Source of the DNA: Octopus bimaculoides
Taxonomy: Eukaryota
Assembly (NCBI RefSeq): GCF_001194135.2
Contig: NC_068994.1
Coordinates: forward strand, 3,882,793-3,946,792
DNA: 64,000 nt
Direction: 5' to 3'
Shown here one piece after another: positions 22,940 through 36,640 of this stretch. Both the position numbers and the translations under genes were made by a program. How positions within the stretch are numbered: position 1 is the stretch's first letter; the number at the start of each line of letters is the position of its first letter. The notes beneath the pieces are model-generated. The model was given only the letters and a program-made list of their open reading frames with translations, ran no database searches and was not told the DNA's origin.

Positions 22940-23340
22940 TGAGTTTAACCTCCTGACACATCTACATAGATCACATGACTTACACTGTGTCTACACATGT
23001 AGTAAATTGCTCAAGCTATTTCTCTCTTATACCCACATGTAGTACATGGATCAAGTCATATCTCTATCACAATCTCTCTCCCTCTCTGCCTGTCTCTCAT
23101 ATATACACATGTTTAGTATGTGGATAACTAACTTCCTTTTATACATACATGTAGTATATAAGCCATTTCAACTCTTTCTCTTCCATATCCAAATGTAGTG
23201 GAATACATGAATACATGGAGCAGTTTAACCCTTTTTCTCATTCACACATGTTGCTGTCGAGTTACTAATTCATGACTCAATCTCTCATAAACATGCTTAC
23301 CACATGCACCAGTCTGTTTTGGGTACAAACACTGACTGCA
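22940..23340. repeat. Old degenerate minisatellite with recurring ACACATGTAGTA cores
   Basis: About 7 irregular 40-70-nt units, each containing (A/C)CACATG(T)... Confidence 0.45.
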
Positions 23341-23349
23341 TGGATCACC

Positions 23350-23575
23350 TTAACCCTTTAGCATTTAATCCAGCCATATAAGGCCCCAAATATTCAATCT
23401 GTTTTATGGTCAAAGTGGCCAGATCTGGCCTCTCACACTTACTCAACAATGTCATTCTGAAAATAAACAATCACATCAATTTCTCAAAGCTACAAGATAA
23501 TGAACAATTAATTCAAAGCAACATGAACAAATAAGCCTAGTGTTTGACATAATATTCTAAATGCTAAAGGTTTAA
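23350..23575. mobile_element. piggyBac-type MITE family 2, complete
   Basis: TTAA (23350-23353) + CCCTTTAGCATTT ... AAATGCTAAAGGT + TTAA (23572-23575); 12/13 TIR match. Confidence 0.88.
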
Positions 23576-23801
23576 CCCTTTCGTTACCGTATTTCTGTTG
23601 AGATGCTCTGTGTTTCTTTCAATTACTTTAAATATAACAAAGAATTTAGTAAAATAATTTAGTTATCATATCAGCTAGTGTTAGGAACATAAATTCTGAC
23701 TAAGGTTTGGTGGAAGATTTTAATTCAAAACTTATGAAAACAAGACATTTGTACCACAGAGACAGAACTGGTTTCAGCCAGGTTGGTATCAAAAGGGTTA
23801 A
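23572..23801. mobile_element. piggyBac-type MITE family 1, complete, sharing its left TTAA with the preceding MITE
   Basis: TTAA + CCCTTTCGTTACC ... GGTATCAAAAGGG + TTAA (23798-23801); a truncated start of a further copy follows at about 23825-23870. Confidence 0.9.
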
Positions 23802-24693
23802 GAATTGTTTCTCTATTATATATTTTAATCCTTTTGTTACCATATTTCTATTGAGATGCTCTGTGTTGCGCCCCAATTAGGCAGCCCTTAAAAAAATATA
23901 CTCCTTTGGGACATTCCCTAGGATTAGGGGAGTTACTGGTTTGGGTTTCATTGTCCTTGCACTGGCAATCTAGGAGTTAATGAACATAAAAACGTATCGG
24001 ACAGAGAAACATCACTCAAATTTATAACAGGATATACTCTCATTACGATATATAGAACAGAATTGAATCTGTGAGGAAGATTTGTACTGCATGGAATTTT
24101 GTACACATAGATCACAGATGGGCTGTGTGATCACAATCATCGTGTTTAGCAAACCCTCGATTCTATCCTGTTATGCTTCGTTCTATCACATTTGACTTCT
24201 TAAACCTCTCCAACTTGAAATAAGAAAGATACAACCCTGGCCATGTGGTTAAGGAGCTTGCCTCCTAACAATGTGGTCTTGGGTTCAGATCCACTGTGGG
24301 CACCTCTGGCAGGTGTCTTCTACTAGAGGCCTCGGCCAAACCAAGCTGAAAGAAAAAAAACTGGCATTTTGTCAGTTACAATGATGGGAGTTGAGGGAGA
24401 TTCAGTGTGACACAGAGTGTGACATGGCTGGTCCTCTGAAATACAAGCACAACTCATTTTTGCCAACTGAGTGGGACTGGAGCCACAAGGAATAAAACAT
24501 CTTGCTCAAGGATACAATGTGCTGCTGGGAATTGAACTCAGAACGTTACAATCATGAGCCAACTATCCCAACCACTTAGCCATGTGCCTTCACACAGCTG
24601 AAAGAAGCCCATCATATATGTAAATACATGTGTGTGTATGTGTGTGTGTGTGTTTACAACTAGTCTTGACAATATGTCATTACTGGAAATGAG

Positions 24694-24729
<36 letters not shown>

Positions 24730-26329
24730 ACAAGTGATGTGTTTCATTTTCAGTCTTGTGGGAAACATGTCTGAGGGTTAGCAACAGGAAGAGCATCCAG
24801 CTGTAGAAAATCTGCCTCAACAAGTTCCGTCTGACCCATGCAGGCATGGGGAAAGAGGACGTTAAATGATGACAATAACGAAAGGTAGGATCAACCTCAG
24901 GTGGCTTACAACATGTGATCCATGTTGAACATGTGGGAAAGGTTAAGCTAGCGTTACTGGAGGCAAACTCAAACTGTTGAGTTAAGCTACAGACGGGCGG
25001 CTGAGCTCCGTTTATAGTTGAACTGTGCTACGACTGTACCGGGCCATGCTACAGCCGACGTTGATAGTCACACGCGCATGCCCGCGTTTATGGAATGAAA
25101 TTACTTATACAATGAGTATAGGAGTAGAAGGAAAAACATTATTTCATACATACATGCATGCATATATATATATATATATATATATACGCACACACATATA
25201 TATATACAAGGATGGAGGAGAAATAGAAAAGAGGTGGATGTATAGGAGTGTGTACGAAGACAGACAGATGTACTGAGATACAAATTGACGCAAGGAGACA
25301 TAAGAGATCGATAAATAGACATACAGACAGATCGATAGAGAAAGTCTTATAGGCAGGCACATTCATAGATACAAAAAAGATTTACACAGAAACGTACAAA
25401 TCCCACACGTGACACAAGTGACCTCAAAGAGCCTGCAAATATTTATTTACAAGACATTCAGAAACACAAGCTTTATTAATGGTTCCACCCTACCACCTCT
25501 TATATATATGTGTGTGTGCGTGTGTGTGTATATGTATGTGTGTGTGTATGCGTTCGAGCCAATCAGGGAGGCTCAATGTGGTCGACCGACCTGTTAGAAA
25601 TAGCAACCGATTTATTTCACATGCATCCTATCATCATAAAAAGAAAGGGTCCATGGACAACCATATTCGTTGATATACAAAAATAAATAAATAAGATAAA
25701 AAAAACAGGATGATCATGGCTGGAACGCCTTCGATCGTAGATGAACACAATCAGGGCTGAGTTAGCATTAAACGTATATAAGTGTGTGTGCGTGTGCGCG
25801 TATGTTTATGTGTGGTTAACTACAAGTCTTATTAAAACATTTACCTACATCAATTCATTAATAGGCGCGCTTGTATGCGTATATATGTGTGGTGCATGCG
25901 TGTATGTGTGTGTGTGTGTGTGTGTGTGAGTGTCAGTATGTGTATGTGCTATGAGAGGAAGAGGTGAAGGAATGTGTTAGATCAGCAAGAAAGCAGAGCC
26001 ACACACACACACAGCAGGTTCTCTAATTGACAATTTTCCGCCTTTTTCTTCTTCCCATTCGTCTTCATGTCTCTGCATACCCCCACCCGCAACGATTCGT
26101 TCCTTTCCACACTCACACACAAACATATATATATATACACAAACATATATATATATATACACATATACAAAGTCATAATGACGATCGTGTAGATTATAGA
26201 CACGAGGCCTTCAGATTTCTAAAGAGTCGAGATCGTTTTAACGTCCATGCTTTTATGAAGGTCACACTAATAATAATAATAATAATAATTCTTTTTAATT
26301 TTTTGGCACAAGGCCAGCAGTCTGTAAGG

Positions 26330-26465
26330 CGTGGATGGGTTAATCGAATGCATCGACTCCAGTGTTCAACTGGTACTGAACTTGTCGACCCCGAGAGGAA
26401 GAAAGGCAAAAGAAATACAACTAAGCATTTTGTACGACGCGCTTAACCATTCTGCCAGCTCTATA
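26330..26465 (-). mobile_element. tRNA-derived SINE family B
   Basis: Core GAGTTCAAAT..GCCGAGGTCGACTTTGCCTTTCATCC. Other copies at about 19478-19540, 21490-21560, 28430-28545, 34255-34395, 42242-42352, 50450-50665, 54700-54815, 55505-55580 and 56340-56400. Confidence 0.75.
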
Positions 26466-27813
26466 ATAATAATAATAATAATAATTATTATTATTATTAT
26501 TATTATTATTCTTCCTTATTTAAGCAGGGGGACTTGGAAGATGAAGCGTAATATATAACAAACATTATTTACAATTAGATTACAAAGTGGAAATTATAAT
26601 AGAAAACATGGAAAAAATCTGTCAAGTGGGTGAAGGGTGAACAAATTGTTGCCTCTGCGTATGGATGGAAGGATGTTGCTGTTCTTCAACTCCGAAGTCA
26701 TCTTGGATCAAATAGACCTATGATTAAAAATGCATTCCAGCTGTAACCGTGGCCATCCCATCTTTTGGGAGGGAAAACGAGTATCTAAGATTTTTACATT
26801 AATCTAACGCGTCTACTCGTTAAAAATTTTTTTTTTTCTTTTTACTAAAGACAGCGTGATTTGAGGGAGTATTTGGGTGTTATTTCTAACAGGTCTCGCA
26901 ACCACGTAATGCGTCCCTTTTTGGATCTTATGTATGTAGTGAGGAAGGAAGGAAGTAATCAAAATATCATCAATAATGGATACGGGGCGGAGGGGGGGAA
27001 TTATAAGATCTTCCATTGAACAGACACATGTCATGTAGTATACGAGTATAATGTGTGAGTATATATATAATACACATACATGGTGTATATAATGACGATA
27101 AACTTGAACTAGAAGAGGCGTGAAGGACTACAGGGTTAATTGTTGCTATTGTTTAGCCCTAGGTTAACTGTGATCGCGTCAACCTACAGTGATCATAATC
27201 GTTTCGCTTTGACCATCCCGCCTTTTTTATGCCCCCCTCCTGACAGTCTAAGTAGGATCACATTATAATATTATTTCCTTTTTTTTTGTTTTAGGAAGAC
27301 TAAGAGATTTAGTTGCTGTTTCTAGCAAACGGAGTCATTAGGTACAGGCTTGCTAATAGTAATTAGAGTAGTAGTAGTAATAATAATGTTATCAATAAGA
27401 ACATGAAACATCAATCATAGTGGTAGTAGTAGTAGTAATCATATAGACAACAGATGACAGTCAAGTTTAATGTGTGAACCCGTGATCTCTATCTTAGATC
27501 AACAATAGACAATATGTAGGTGTGTTGTTGTGCAAGATGAGGCCTAATTGAGCAGACCTTATAATTAAAGGTGTAACAACCATGGCCATCCCGTCTAGGA
27601 CTGCATTGGCCAATGTGTCCTTCTTATATTTAAGACTGTGGGGTATGATTTTTCGAGAGAATTTGGCTACTGTTTCTCGTAAATCGAGCAACTGCATACA
27701 GCTCCCCCCCTTGTTGGCTCATGTAAAGATGATGATGCTGTTGTTGTTGATGGTGGTGGTGCATGGTGCGATGTGTGTAAATATAATAAGTCTTGTCTCT
27801 TCCGATCTCTTAC

Positions 27814-28000
27814 CTTATCTCCGCTGTTTCATACCAATGTCGCAGTCTGTCCGTTTACATTCATCATAGTTAGTCTCTCTCTCTCTTTCTCTTTCTCGTG
27901 CGCGCTCTCTCATCTCCACCCGGGGTGGATGATAGTCTCTGCCCCCCCACCTCAAGGCTCTTCTTCTATTCCTTGCTCGGGACAGATTCAGTTCTGATTT
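27814..28000 (-). other. Candidate non-coding 5' exon of ZNF-A within a CpG-rich stretch
   Basis: Consensus donor AAG|GTAAGA at 27814/27813 on the minus strand; unique CpG-containing sequence upstream (27900-28800). 5' boundary unknown. Confidence 0.3.
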
Positions 28001-29239
28001 TCTCTCTAACCGTCCCCTTGCGCGCTCTTTCTCTCTCTCTTTCTTTCTGTCTCAACCTAACTTTGGAAAACCGTAACGTTTGCGCTTATTATTTTGAACA
28101 CATTCGAAAACATACGTGGGCAGATAAAGTAGGACACACAGACAGACACCTAAGCAGCGGTGAAATTGTTCCCTTTACACCGTCTATAAAGTTCCAGTTA
28201 ATTACAGTCCTTACCCACCCCCGCTTGAAAGTTCCCTAATAGCCACTAGAAAGGCATGACTGCCACAACCTCACGGTCTCTTCCGTTTTATATAAATTTG
28301 TGTTCTCGTGTTTAAGCGCAAATAAATCTTATGTAGAGAGAGACTAGTCTCTTGTTATTAATTATATTCACATTTAGGATGTTTTGTAAAAAAATTAAAC
28401 ATCAGCAATTGGCTGGTTCTTCTGTTTATCGACCCGTAAAGGATGGAAAGCAAAGGTGACTTCGGCGAGATTTGAACTCGGAGCGTAAAGGGCCGTAACT
28501 AAATACCACAAAGCAGTTTGTCCGATGTTATAACGTTTCTGCCAAGACATTCTTCAGGATCCACGCGAAAGGAGCCCACCCACTTTCACAAATTTCTAAG
28601 TTCCTTGCTCCTACATTTTGCTTACAAGGTCGAAAATGGCATTCGATTTTTTTTTTATTTACTCGTATGATTGAGAAAAACAATCTTTCCGGAAAAAACT
28701 ACACGTTTGTAGGACAGAGATGTTAGAATTAACGCCAGCAGTCCGTTATTTCTTAAAGTACCCGAAACACCAAGAGTTGGTTCAGGGACAAAATGGCATT
28801 TTTCTTTTAAAATTAACTAATGTTGGATTGTATTTAAGTTTAGTTTACACGGAAGAGCTTTGACTTACTAATATTAAATCTGAAAAATGTTTTTCTAAAC
28901 CAAATTAACAATTGTTGAACATATCTGAAATAGCAAAATTTCTCCCCATGTAACTAACAACTGTATTTTAGTCTTTCAATTTGTTTTTCCTTTTCTAGAT
29001 AAAACTTGAGAATTCTTGATACAATAAAATTAAATAAAAACCACAAGGGGAAAACAAAGCATTAAATACGTTTACAAATATTTTATTCAGTTGCAAATAA
29101 AAGCTAAACATTATTTGTGGAGATTTAATGAGACAAAGATAGAAGTGTAAATTTAATGCAGGTTATAACTGTTTGTTGGTGTGTGGAGGAGAAAGTTATA
29201 GGGTTAATACGGATTTTGGCGCCGAAATATCAACTGAAG

Positions 29240-29920
29240 AAAAAGAAGGAGGTTAGGAATAAACAGGTTTTAGTTTGGAGGGAGAAAAGCAAATAAAGTT
29301 GGGTAGAGAAACGAGGTAGGGTGGAAGAAGGACAGAAAGAAATATATGAACTGAGGAAAGAAGAGGGGATATACGGAGAGAGAAGAAGAAAGAAGAGGCA
29401 AGAGACGAAGGGAGGCAGAGAAAACTATAGACTGAAAGAAGAGAAAGAAAGAAATAGACACTGAGGAGAGGAAAAGAAAAAGAAAGACTGCCTGAGAGAG
29501 GAGAAAACGGAGAGGGAGATAGAGTAGAGAAAGGTAGAGACTGAGGAAAGAGAAAGAAAAGAAAGAGAAGGACTCAGACTGAGGTTGGAAAGAAAGAAAG
29601 AGACAGCTAGACTGAATGAGGAGAAGAAAGAGAGGTTTAGAATAGAAAAGAAAGGGGGAAGAAGAGTAAAAGCAATAGGGGGATGGAGAAGGAAAGAGAG
29701 AGAAATAAAGAGACTGCGAAATGAAGGAGGTGGAAGGAAGGGATGAAACAATAACGAAGAGAAGATAGATAAATATAAATAAAGTATGAGAATTAAGAAG
29801 ATGGTGATCGAGAAAAAGAGAGAAAAAGAACAATGAAAAATAGATTATAATGGCACTGGAAAGAGGGAGGGAGGGAGAAAGAAGTAATGGGGTATAAAGA
29901 GGGAAAGAGAGTGGTACATG
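29240..29920 (+). repeat. Long purine-rich (GA) low-complexity tract
   Basis: About 680 nt of strongly A/G-biased sequence; generates spurious F/L/S-rich ORFs on the minus strand. Confidence 0.9.
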
Positions 29921-30649
29921 TAGATAAAGTGATATATACTAATAGTATGTGTATGTACACATACATAAATTAATATATTATATAAACTAAATATATAAAT
30001 GTATATGCAGGTTAAGTGCATACGTAAGTATGTGTGCGTGTGTAATAGAGGCAATACTCTCTTAGGGAGCTTACTAGAGGCGATTGCTGTTTCCTTTCCT
30101 GATTGAAACGATTTCACTTCGCTTCGGTTATTACTGCTCTTGGGACGGCAAAAGTGTCAAACGTTTATTTATATTATTAGCCCCTTCTCTTGTGAAGACC
30201 CAATTTGACATTGTTGTATTTATATACTTTTTAGGGCTGAGAAAGCAACCCAAAATTGCATGTATTATGTATGTATGTATATATATGTATATATATTGTC
30301 CCAAACTGTAAAAATAAAAGCGAAACAGAACAAGGTGAGGGAACAAGAAAGGTGTATTAGTTTATTAGTTTAACGCTCAGGAAAAATGGAAGAGTCTTTG
30401 ACATTTCGAGCCTACGCTCTTCTACAGAAAGGAATGATGAGAGAAAACAGATGGAGAGAAATATAAAAAAAAAAACGGAGACAAAAAAATCTGTCTTATA
30501 TATATATATCTATATATACCAATATATCAAGTAATTTGTGTATATAATATATGCATACATATATGTATATACATGCACATATGTTAAAACAGATATACTT
30601 CAAAAGGACCGCTTGGTTTTTTTTTTAACATTATCTCTATAAGATACAT

Positions 30650-30689
<40 letters not shown>

Positions 30690-33600
30690 ATCAGTTGCCT
30701 CAGGCGTCATCCAGCAGACGACCTACGAGCGAAAGCAGTTCGTTCATGACCCTCCTGCCTTATTAAGTATATCTTGGACCACAACAATATCAAATGCATC
30801 CTTTCCTTCATTTATTAAGATGGTAGAGATTAATTAGAATGAGAGTTGTCTGCTATTTCTAACATGTCAATCGATCACCTACAGAATCCCTCAACCAAAC
30901 TGATTATATATGTATGTGTCTCTCTATATATATAATATACGCACACATATATATATTCATATTTGATTATACATATATATATAATATTTATATTGCGCAA
31001 GTTTCCCTCGGTACATTATTAATGATATCGTTAGGAAAAGCATGAATGTCACAGCATCTCGTTTGTTCCTTACCCTTATATATGTATCATTATTACTTTA
31101 TTACATCACATTTGCGTCAAGGGAATTAGAAGACTCGATTCGTTTCTTAAGGGGCAGAATATGAAAAGCCATGGTGGATGTCTTTGATTTTCCTCTGTGA
31201 ACAGGGAACGGGTTGGTTTGATAATAAATAGCAGTTATTTAGTAATTAGTTTAATCACTTATATATTCCCCGCCTCCTTGGTGAAAATTGATTTACTGCC
31301 TTATTTATTGAAAGGAAATCGATAAAATACAATAGAGCTTTACACAAAAGACACACACACACATCTATGTGTGCACGCGCGCGTGTGTGTATATCTGTAT
31401 ATATATATATATATACATACACACACACATACATACATTTGCTTAAATGTGTGCTTGTATGTATATTCTTGTTTTCTATGTGGTATGCGTGTGTGTATGT
31501 AAGTGTAAGCATGCGTGTATAGTGTTCGTAAATGGAATGTGTGCGCATATGTGATTTTGTGTGTGTGCGCGTGTGTACGAATGTATGTGTGTATGCGTGT
31601 GTGCTATCCCATACAGTTTTGCGCGTTGCCGGAAGAGTTATGTATAGGTGTGATATTGGCGGCTGTGTGTGTGTGTGTGTGTCCGTGTTCCTTCCATGGG
31701 TAGTATGTATATTTTTTGCACGAGTGTATGTGTCTACCTAGTCTTGCATAGACACACACGTTTATACATCGTTGAATATATACATATAGATATTTAATAC
31801 ATACATACTACATATATATAATATATATTGTATGTGTGAGTGTGTGTTAGCAGTAGTGCGCGCGTGTGTGTACCATCCCGTATTCAATATTTAATATATA
31901 TAATAATATTCAGAAATCTATCTATATCTATATAACACACACACATACACACACACACACGCACATACACACACTCTCGGACACACACATATAAATTATA
32001 CATAAATATGTAATTATTTCTTTTTATATTATTTATGATATATATAAAATAATTGGAAAAACGGGGAAAAAAGACAAAATGGTAATTTTTTGACAGCTGC
32101 ATTGATAATTTTCAACACAAAACTGTTGTCGCTAAGGTGGTTGTTCTGATGGTTAGTTTCTTGTTCGTCTTAGCCTCCGTTTTCTTGTGTGTGCGGGGTT
32201 GCCTGAATCACACACACAGCGGCGAAGGGGGAGGAGGCGGAAGAAGGGTGCATTCGCGACTCTGAACTGAACTGGCTGAGAAGGAAAGGGTTAAAAATAT
32301 AAAGAAGAGGCAAGACGAAATAGTTGCGAGGTGTGTGTGTGTGCGTACGCGTCATGTCTGTGTATGTGTGTGTGTGTACGCGTGTTTGTCTGTGTGTGTG
32401 TGTGTATGCATTCGTCTGTTGTTTTATGTGTGTGTGTGTAGAGAGAGAGAGAGACAGAGACAGACAGACAGACAAATAGATAGAGAGAGAGAGAAAGATA
32501 TATAGATAGATAGAGAGAGAGAGAGAGAGCAGATAGATAGATATGTAGATAAATATATAGAGAAAGAAAAATTGATAGATAGTTAGATAGAGAGAGAGGG
32601 GGGAGAGAGAGGAAGATAGAAAGGTAGATAGACAAAGATGGATAGATACATATAGATATAGATTGATGAATGGATAAATAGGCAGAGGTGAGGGTGTGTG
32701 TTTGAGAAGCTTGCTTCCCAACCGTGTGGTCTCAAGTTCAGTCCCACTTCATGGTACACAAGGCAATTGTCTTCTGCTGTGTATGGGTGTGTGTGTATTG
32801 GCATGAGTGGATGCACTCAAGATGCAACAATTAACCCACATAAATTGTGGCTCTAGTGTTAAACACATTAATCTCCCGCTGTTGCTGGCCCCATGCTTGG
32901 CCCTAAAAGTGGCATCTGCTGGTTGCATCTTTAGTGGGATGTCGTGAATCGCCATAGACTGAAATGTAGCCATTGGAGTAAAGGGGTACCAAGTCCAAAC
33001 CCATGTTCTTTCCCCCTTATGATAGGCTGCGTGGTAAGAAGCTTGCTTCTCAGCCACATGGTTCTGAGTTCAGTTCCACTGCATGGAACCTTGAGCAAGT
33101 GTCTTTTGCTATAGCCTTGGGCAGACCAAAGGTCTTGTGAGTGGATTTGGTAGACAGAAACTGAAAGAAGCCCGTCGTACATAAATGTGTGTGTGTGTGT
33201 ATCTGTTTTTGCCTCCCACAACAATCACTTGACAACCTGTTTGCCAAACCTACTCCCAGTCTTTACTTGGCCAATGGCAATAGTAAAAGACACATGCACC
33301 AGGGACCACACAGTAGGATAGTATCCAAAACCGTGGGCTTGGCAAGCAAACATCTTAACCACACAGCTACACCTGCACCAAATTTTTCTATCTATATAGC
33401 TGTCTGTCTTTCTAGCTGTCTGTCTGTCTGTCTTTCTAACCGTCTGTTTATCTGTCTGTCTGACTGTTTGACTTTCTATCTATCTGTCTATCTCTTTATA
33501 CTGTCTGTCTATTCATTTATCCATTCATTTGTCTATCACTATATCTTTTTACATATCTATCTATCTATCTATCTATCTATATCTATATATATATATATAT

Positions 33601-33969
33601 ATACCGGAGTAAGCACATGAAACGTGCAACAAGGTGGGAAAAAGAGTACTCACTCTCTCTCTCTCTCTCTCTCATACATGTGTATTTGTGTTTGTGCACG
33701 TGTGTTTATGCATGTGGCGGGGGGGGGGTTATTTTAAAAAAACGCTATTATTATCTCCCCTTACTCCACCAACCCAACAGCAAAGGCTCCAGGCTGCAAA
33801 TCGGCTCTTTTGATCAAATCTCATCATTATCGTTGTCGACGTCGTCGTCGTCACCATCATCTTCATTTAATGTCCGTTTTCCATGCTAGCATGGGTTGGA
33901 CGGTTTGGCAGGACCTGTCCAGACTCCAAATTGTTTGTTGTGACATGCTTTCTACAGCTGGATGCCCTT

Positions 33970-34024
<55 letters not shown>

Positions 34025-35419
34025 ATAGGCGCAGGCATGGCTGTGTGATAAATCTACTTCCCAACTATAAGGGCTTGGGGTTCAGTCCCACAACCCAGGC
34101 AAGTACCTTCTCCTTTAGCCCTCTCTACCAACCGTATTTAAGATCCCAGACAGACCGTATCATAATAACAGTTGCATAATAAGGGCCATAGCTTCATAGG
34201 TACATTTAGGGACCACATCATAGTGACCACAGCGTCGTAGTGACCCCAATTTTCGGCAAGCTGACAGAATTGTTAGCATCTCAGACAAAATGCCAAGCAG
34301 CATTTTTTCCAGCTCTTTACATTCTGGGTTCAAATCCTGCCGAAGTTAACTTTACCTTTCATCCTTTGTGGGGTAAATAAAATAAAATACAAGTACTCAT
34401 TGACCTTGTTCTAAAATTAGAAAGAATTTTAGAAAAATAGGAAGATAAAATTCACCCCCACCTCCACACGAAAGACACCTCTTAAAAGGGACCACTACGT
34501 GGTCATTCGACATGCTAGAAATAATAGTTAAATCTCTTCTAAAATAGACTAAAGGTACATGGGATAATGTAGTGTGAGGCACATTATAACTAAAAGACCA
34601 AAGAGAAAAAAGTCGGAACGGTCACGGCTGGAATGCCTTTGGTCATACGTTTACTCAATGAGGCCAGACTTGGGACTAGAAGGACAACAGCAACAACACA
34701 ATATTAATAATGTGATGTTCCAAGAAGCTGAATGTGTGTGTGTGTGTGTGTGTGTGTCTGGTCCTGTGTAGTTTAAGAGAACCGTCAGTCCGGCAGACAT
34801 CAATGTCTGTGTGTTGAGGATTGACGTAAAAAAAAATCTTGGCTGGTTTCGTGTTAGTTACGATGTCGTGAGAGACAGGAACGATAGCCAAGGGACAAAG
34901 AAAGGATCGGATGAGTCATGAGAAAAAAGGGAGAGAAACTGAACTGGTGTGGACAATAACGGGCACACCGGGAGGTTTAGATGTCACAGACTGTAAATGG
35001 AAAGAACGAGACATGGGTACGACAGGAACAACGAGCCATGCATTATTTATTACGTCTAAACCCCGCAGAGAGAAGGAGTGAGAGTGAGAGAGAGAGTGAG
35101 TGAGACAGACAGACAGACAGAGGTGTGTGTGTGTGTGTGTGGAGTCTAGAATATAGAATTTAGCACTGGATAACATAATGGCTGGCTGGCTGAGATCAGG
35201 GCACTTTGAAAGAACTTCCATACGCGCATACACACGCACGCGCGTACACACACACACGCTCGCGCGCGCACATACTCGTATACAGGTACACGCACACATA
35301 CATACATAAACACGCATACACACACACACACGTGCATTGCATCGTGTCTGATGGCATGTTTGACGCTTAGCTTACATTCTAGTCACCTTGAGAATAAGTA
35401 TATCAATGTAACACTTACA

Positions 35420-35519
35420 CACACACACACGTGTGTGAGGTGTATGTGTGTGTGTGGATACTATATGTATTACTTGTATATGTATATGTAGCGTGTATGA
35501 GTGTATATACATATATGCA

Positions 35520-35563
<44 letters not shown>

Positions 35564-35628
35564 CATATATATGTATATGTGTATATGTATATATATGTAT
35601 ATGTGCGCATATGTGTGTATATGTATAT

Positions 35629-35665
<37 letters not shown>

Positions 35666-35666
35666 C

Positions 35667-35701
<35 letters not shown>

Positions 35702-35860
35702 CATATATATATACATATATATATGCATATATATATATATATTCACACATATATATATATTCACATACACATACACACATATATATATATATACACACAC
35801 ACACATTTGTATATATGTATGTATGCATGTATGTATAGATAAATATAGATATAGACACAT
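35420..35860. repeat. Compound (TG)n/(TA)n/(CATA)n microsatellite; similar arrays at about 175-600, 13150-13680, 37280-37600, 43837-44280, 44500-45460, 46000-46380, 52270-52980 and 62320-62600
   Basis: Direct inspection. Confidence 0.95.
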
Positions 35861-35939
35861 ACATGATGGCCGTCCACTTGTGACCAAGGAAGACTATTGC
35901 CGACCTTCAGGAACATTCTGCGCTCTAGGACTAACTTAT

Positions 35940-36640
35940 ATTTTGCATTTGCAGCTCCGTTGGTGGCTCTTGACAAGCATACACGACTGCAAACATTGCA
36001 GATTAAGCTTTCCCCATTCACTATATGAGCCGTAAGCTTTCGCGCAGCTCACTTAAGTTCTTCATGCTGGTTACGTGCTCTCTCAAAAGTGTCAATCCCC
36101 TCCTTAACCTGCTTCCTCCATCCGTGACGATGACAGACATTGTTCTCCCAGTCAGTGCCCTGCATATCACAGGCCTTTAATGAGGACTTGACACAGTCCT
36201 TAAATCACAGCCTTGGTTTCTGCCGGAGTCTCCTTCCATTCACAAGTTATCCATATANNNNNNNNNNNNNNNNNNNNNNNNNNNNNNNNNNNNNNNNNNN
36301 NNNNNNNNNNNNNNNNNNNNNNNNNNNNNNNNNNNNNNGTGTGTCTGGAATTTTTGAGGTCCAGCCAACATTGGGAATGTGTCTGAGACATCTCTGATGA
36401 AAGCGTTCAAGGACCCTTACCTGATGTTTGTACAGAGTCCATGTCTCACATGAGTAGAGGAGCGATGTCAGTACACATGCACGCTACACAGCAACTTTTG
36501 CTTGCCTTGCGATGCCATGCTGGGACCAGACACGAGACTGAAGAGACTGGAAGGAATTAGTTGCTCTCTGCAACCTGAAAGATATTTCCTCATCCAGGGA
36601 GCAAGAACGGCTGAGTGTGCTGCCCAGGTAGACAAACTTG
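35940..36640 (-). pseudogene. Decayed RTE/BovB-like LINE ORF2 C-terminal fragment
   Basis: Minus translation FVYLGSTLSRSCSLDEEISFRLQRA...LLYSCETWTLY...LERFHQRCLRHI, then (after gap) WENNVCHRHGWRKQV...[12 protein letters not shown] (C-terminal zinc knuckle). Confidence 0.88.
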
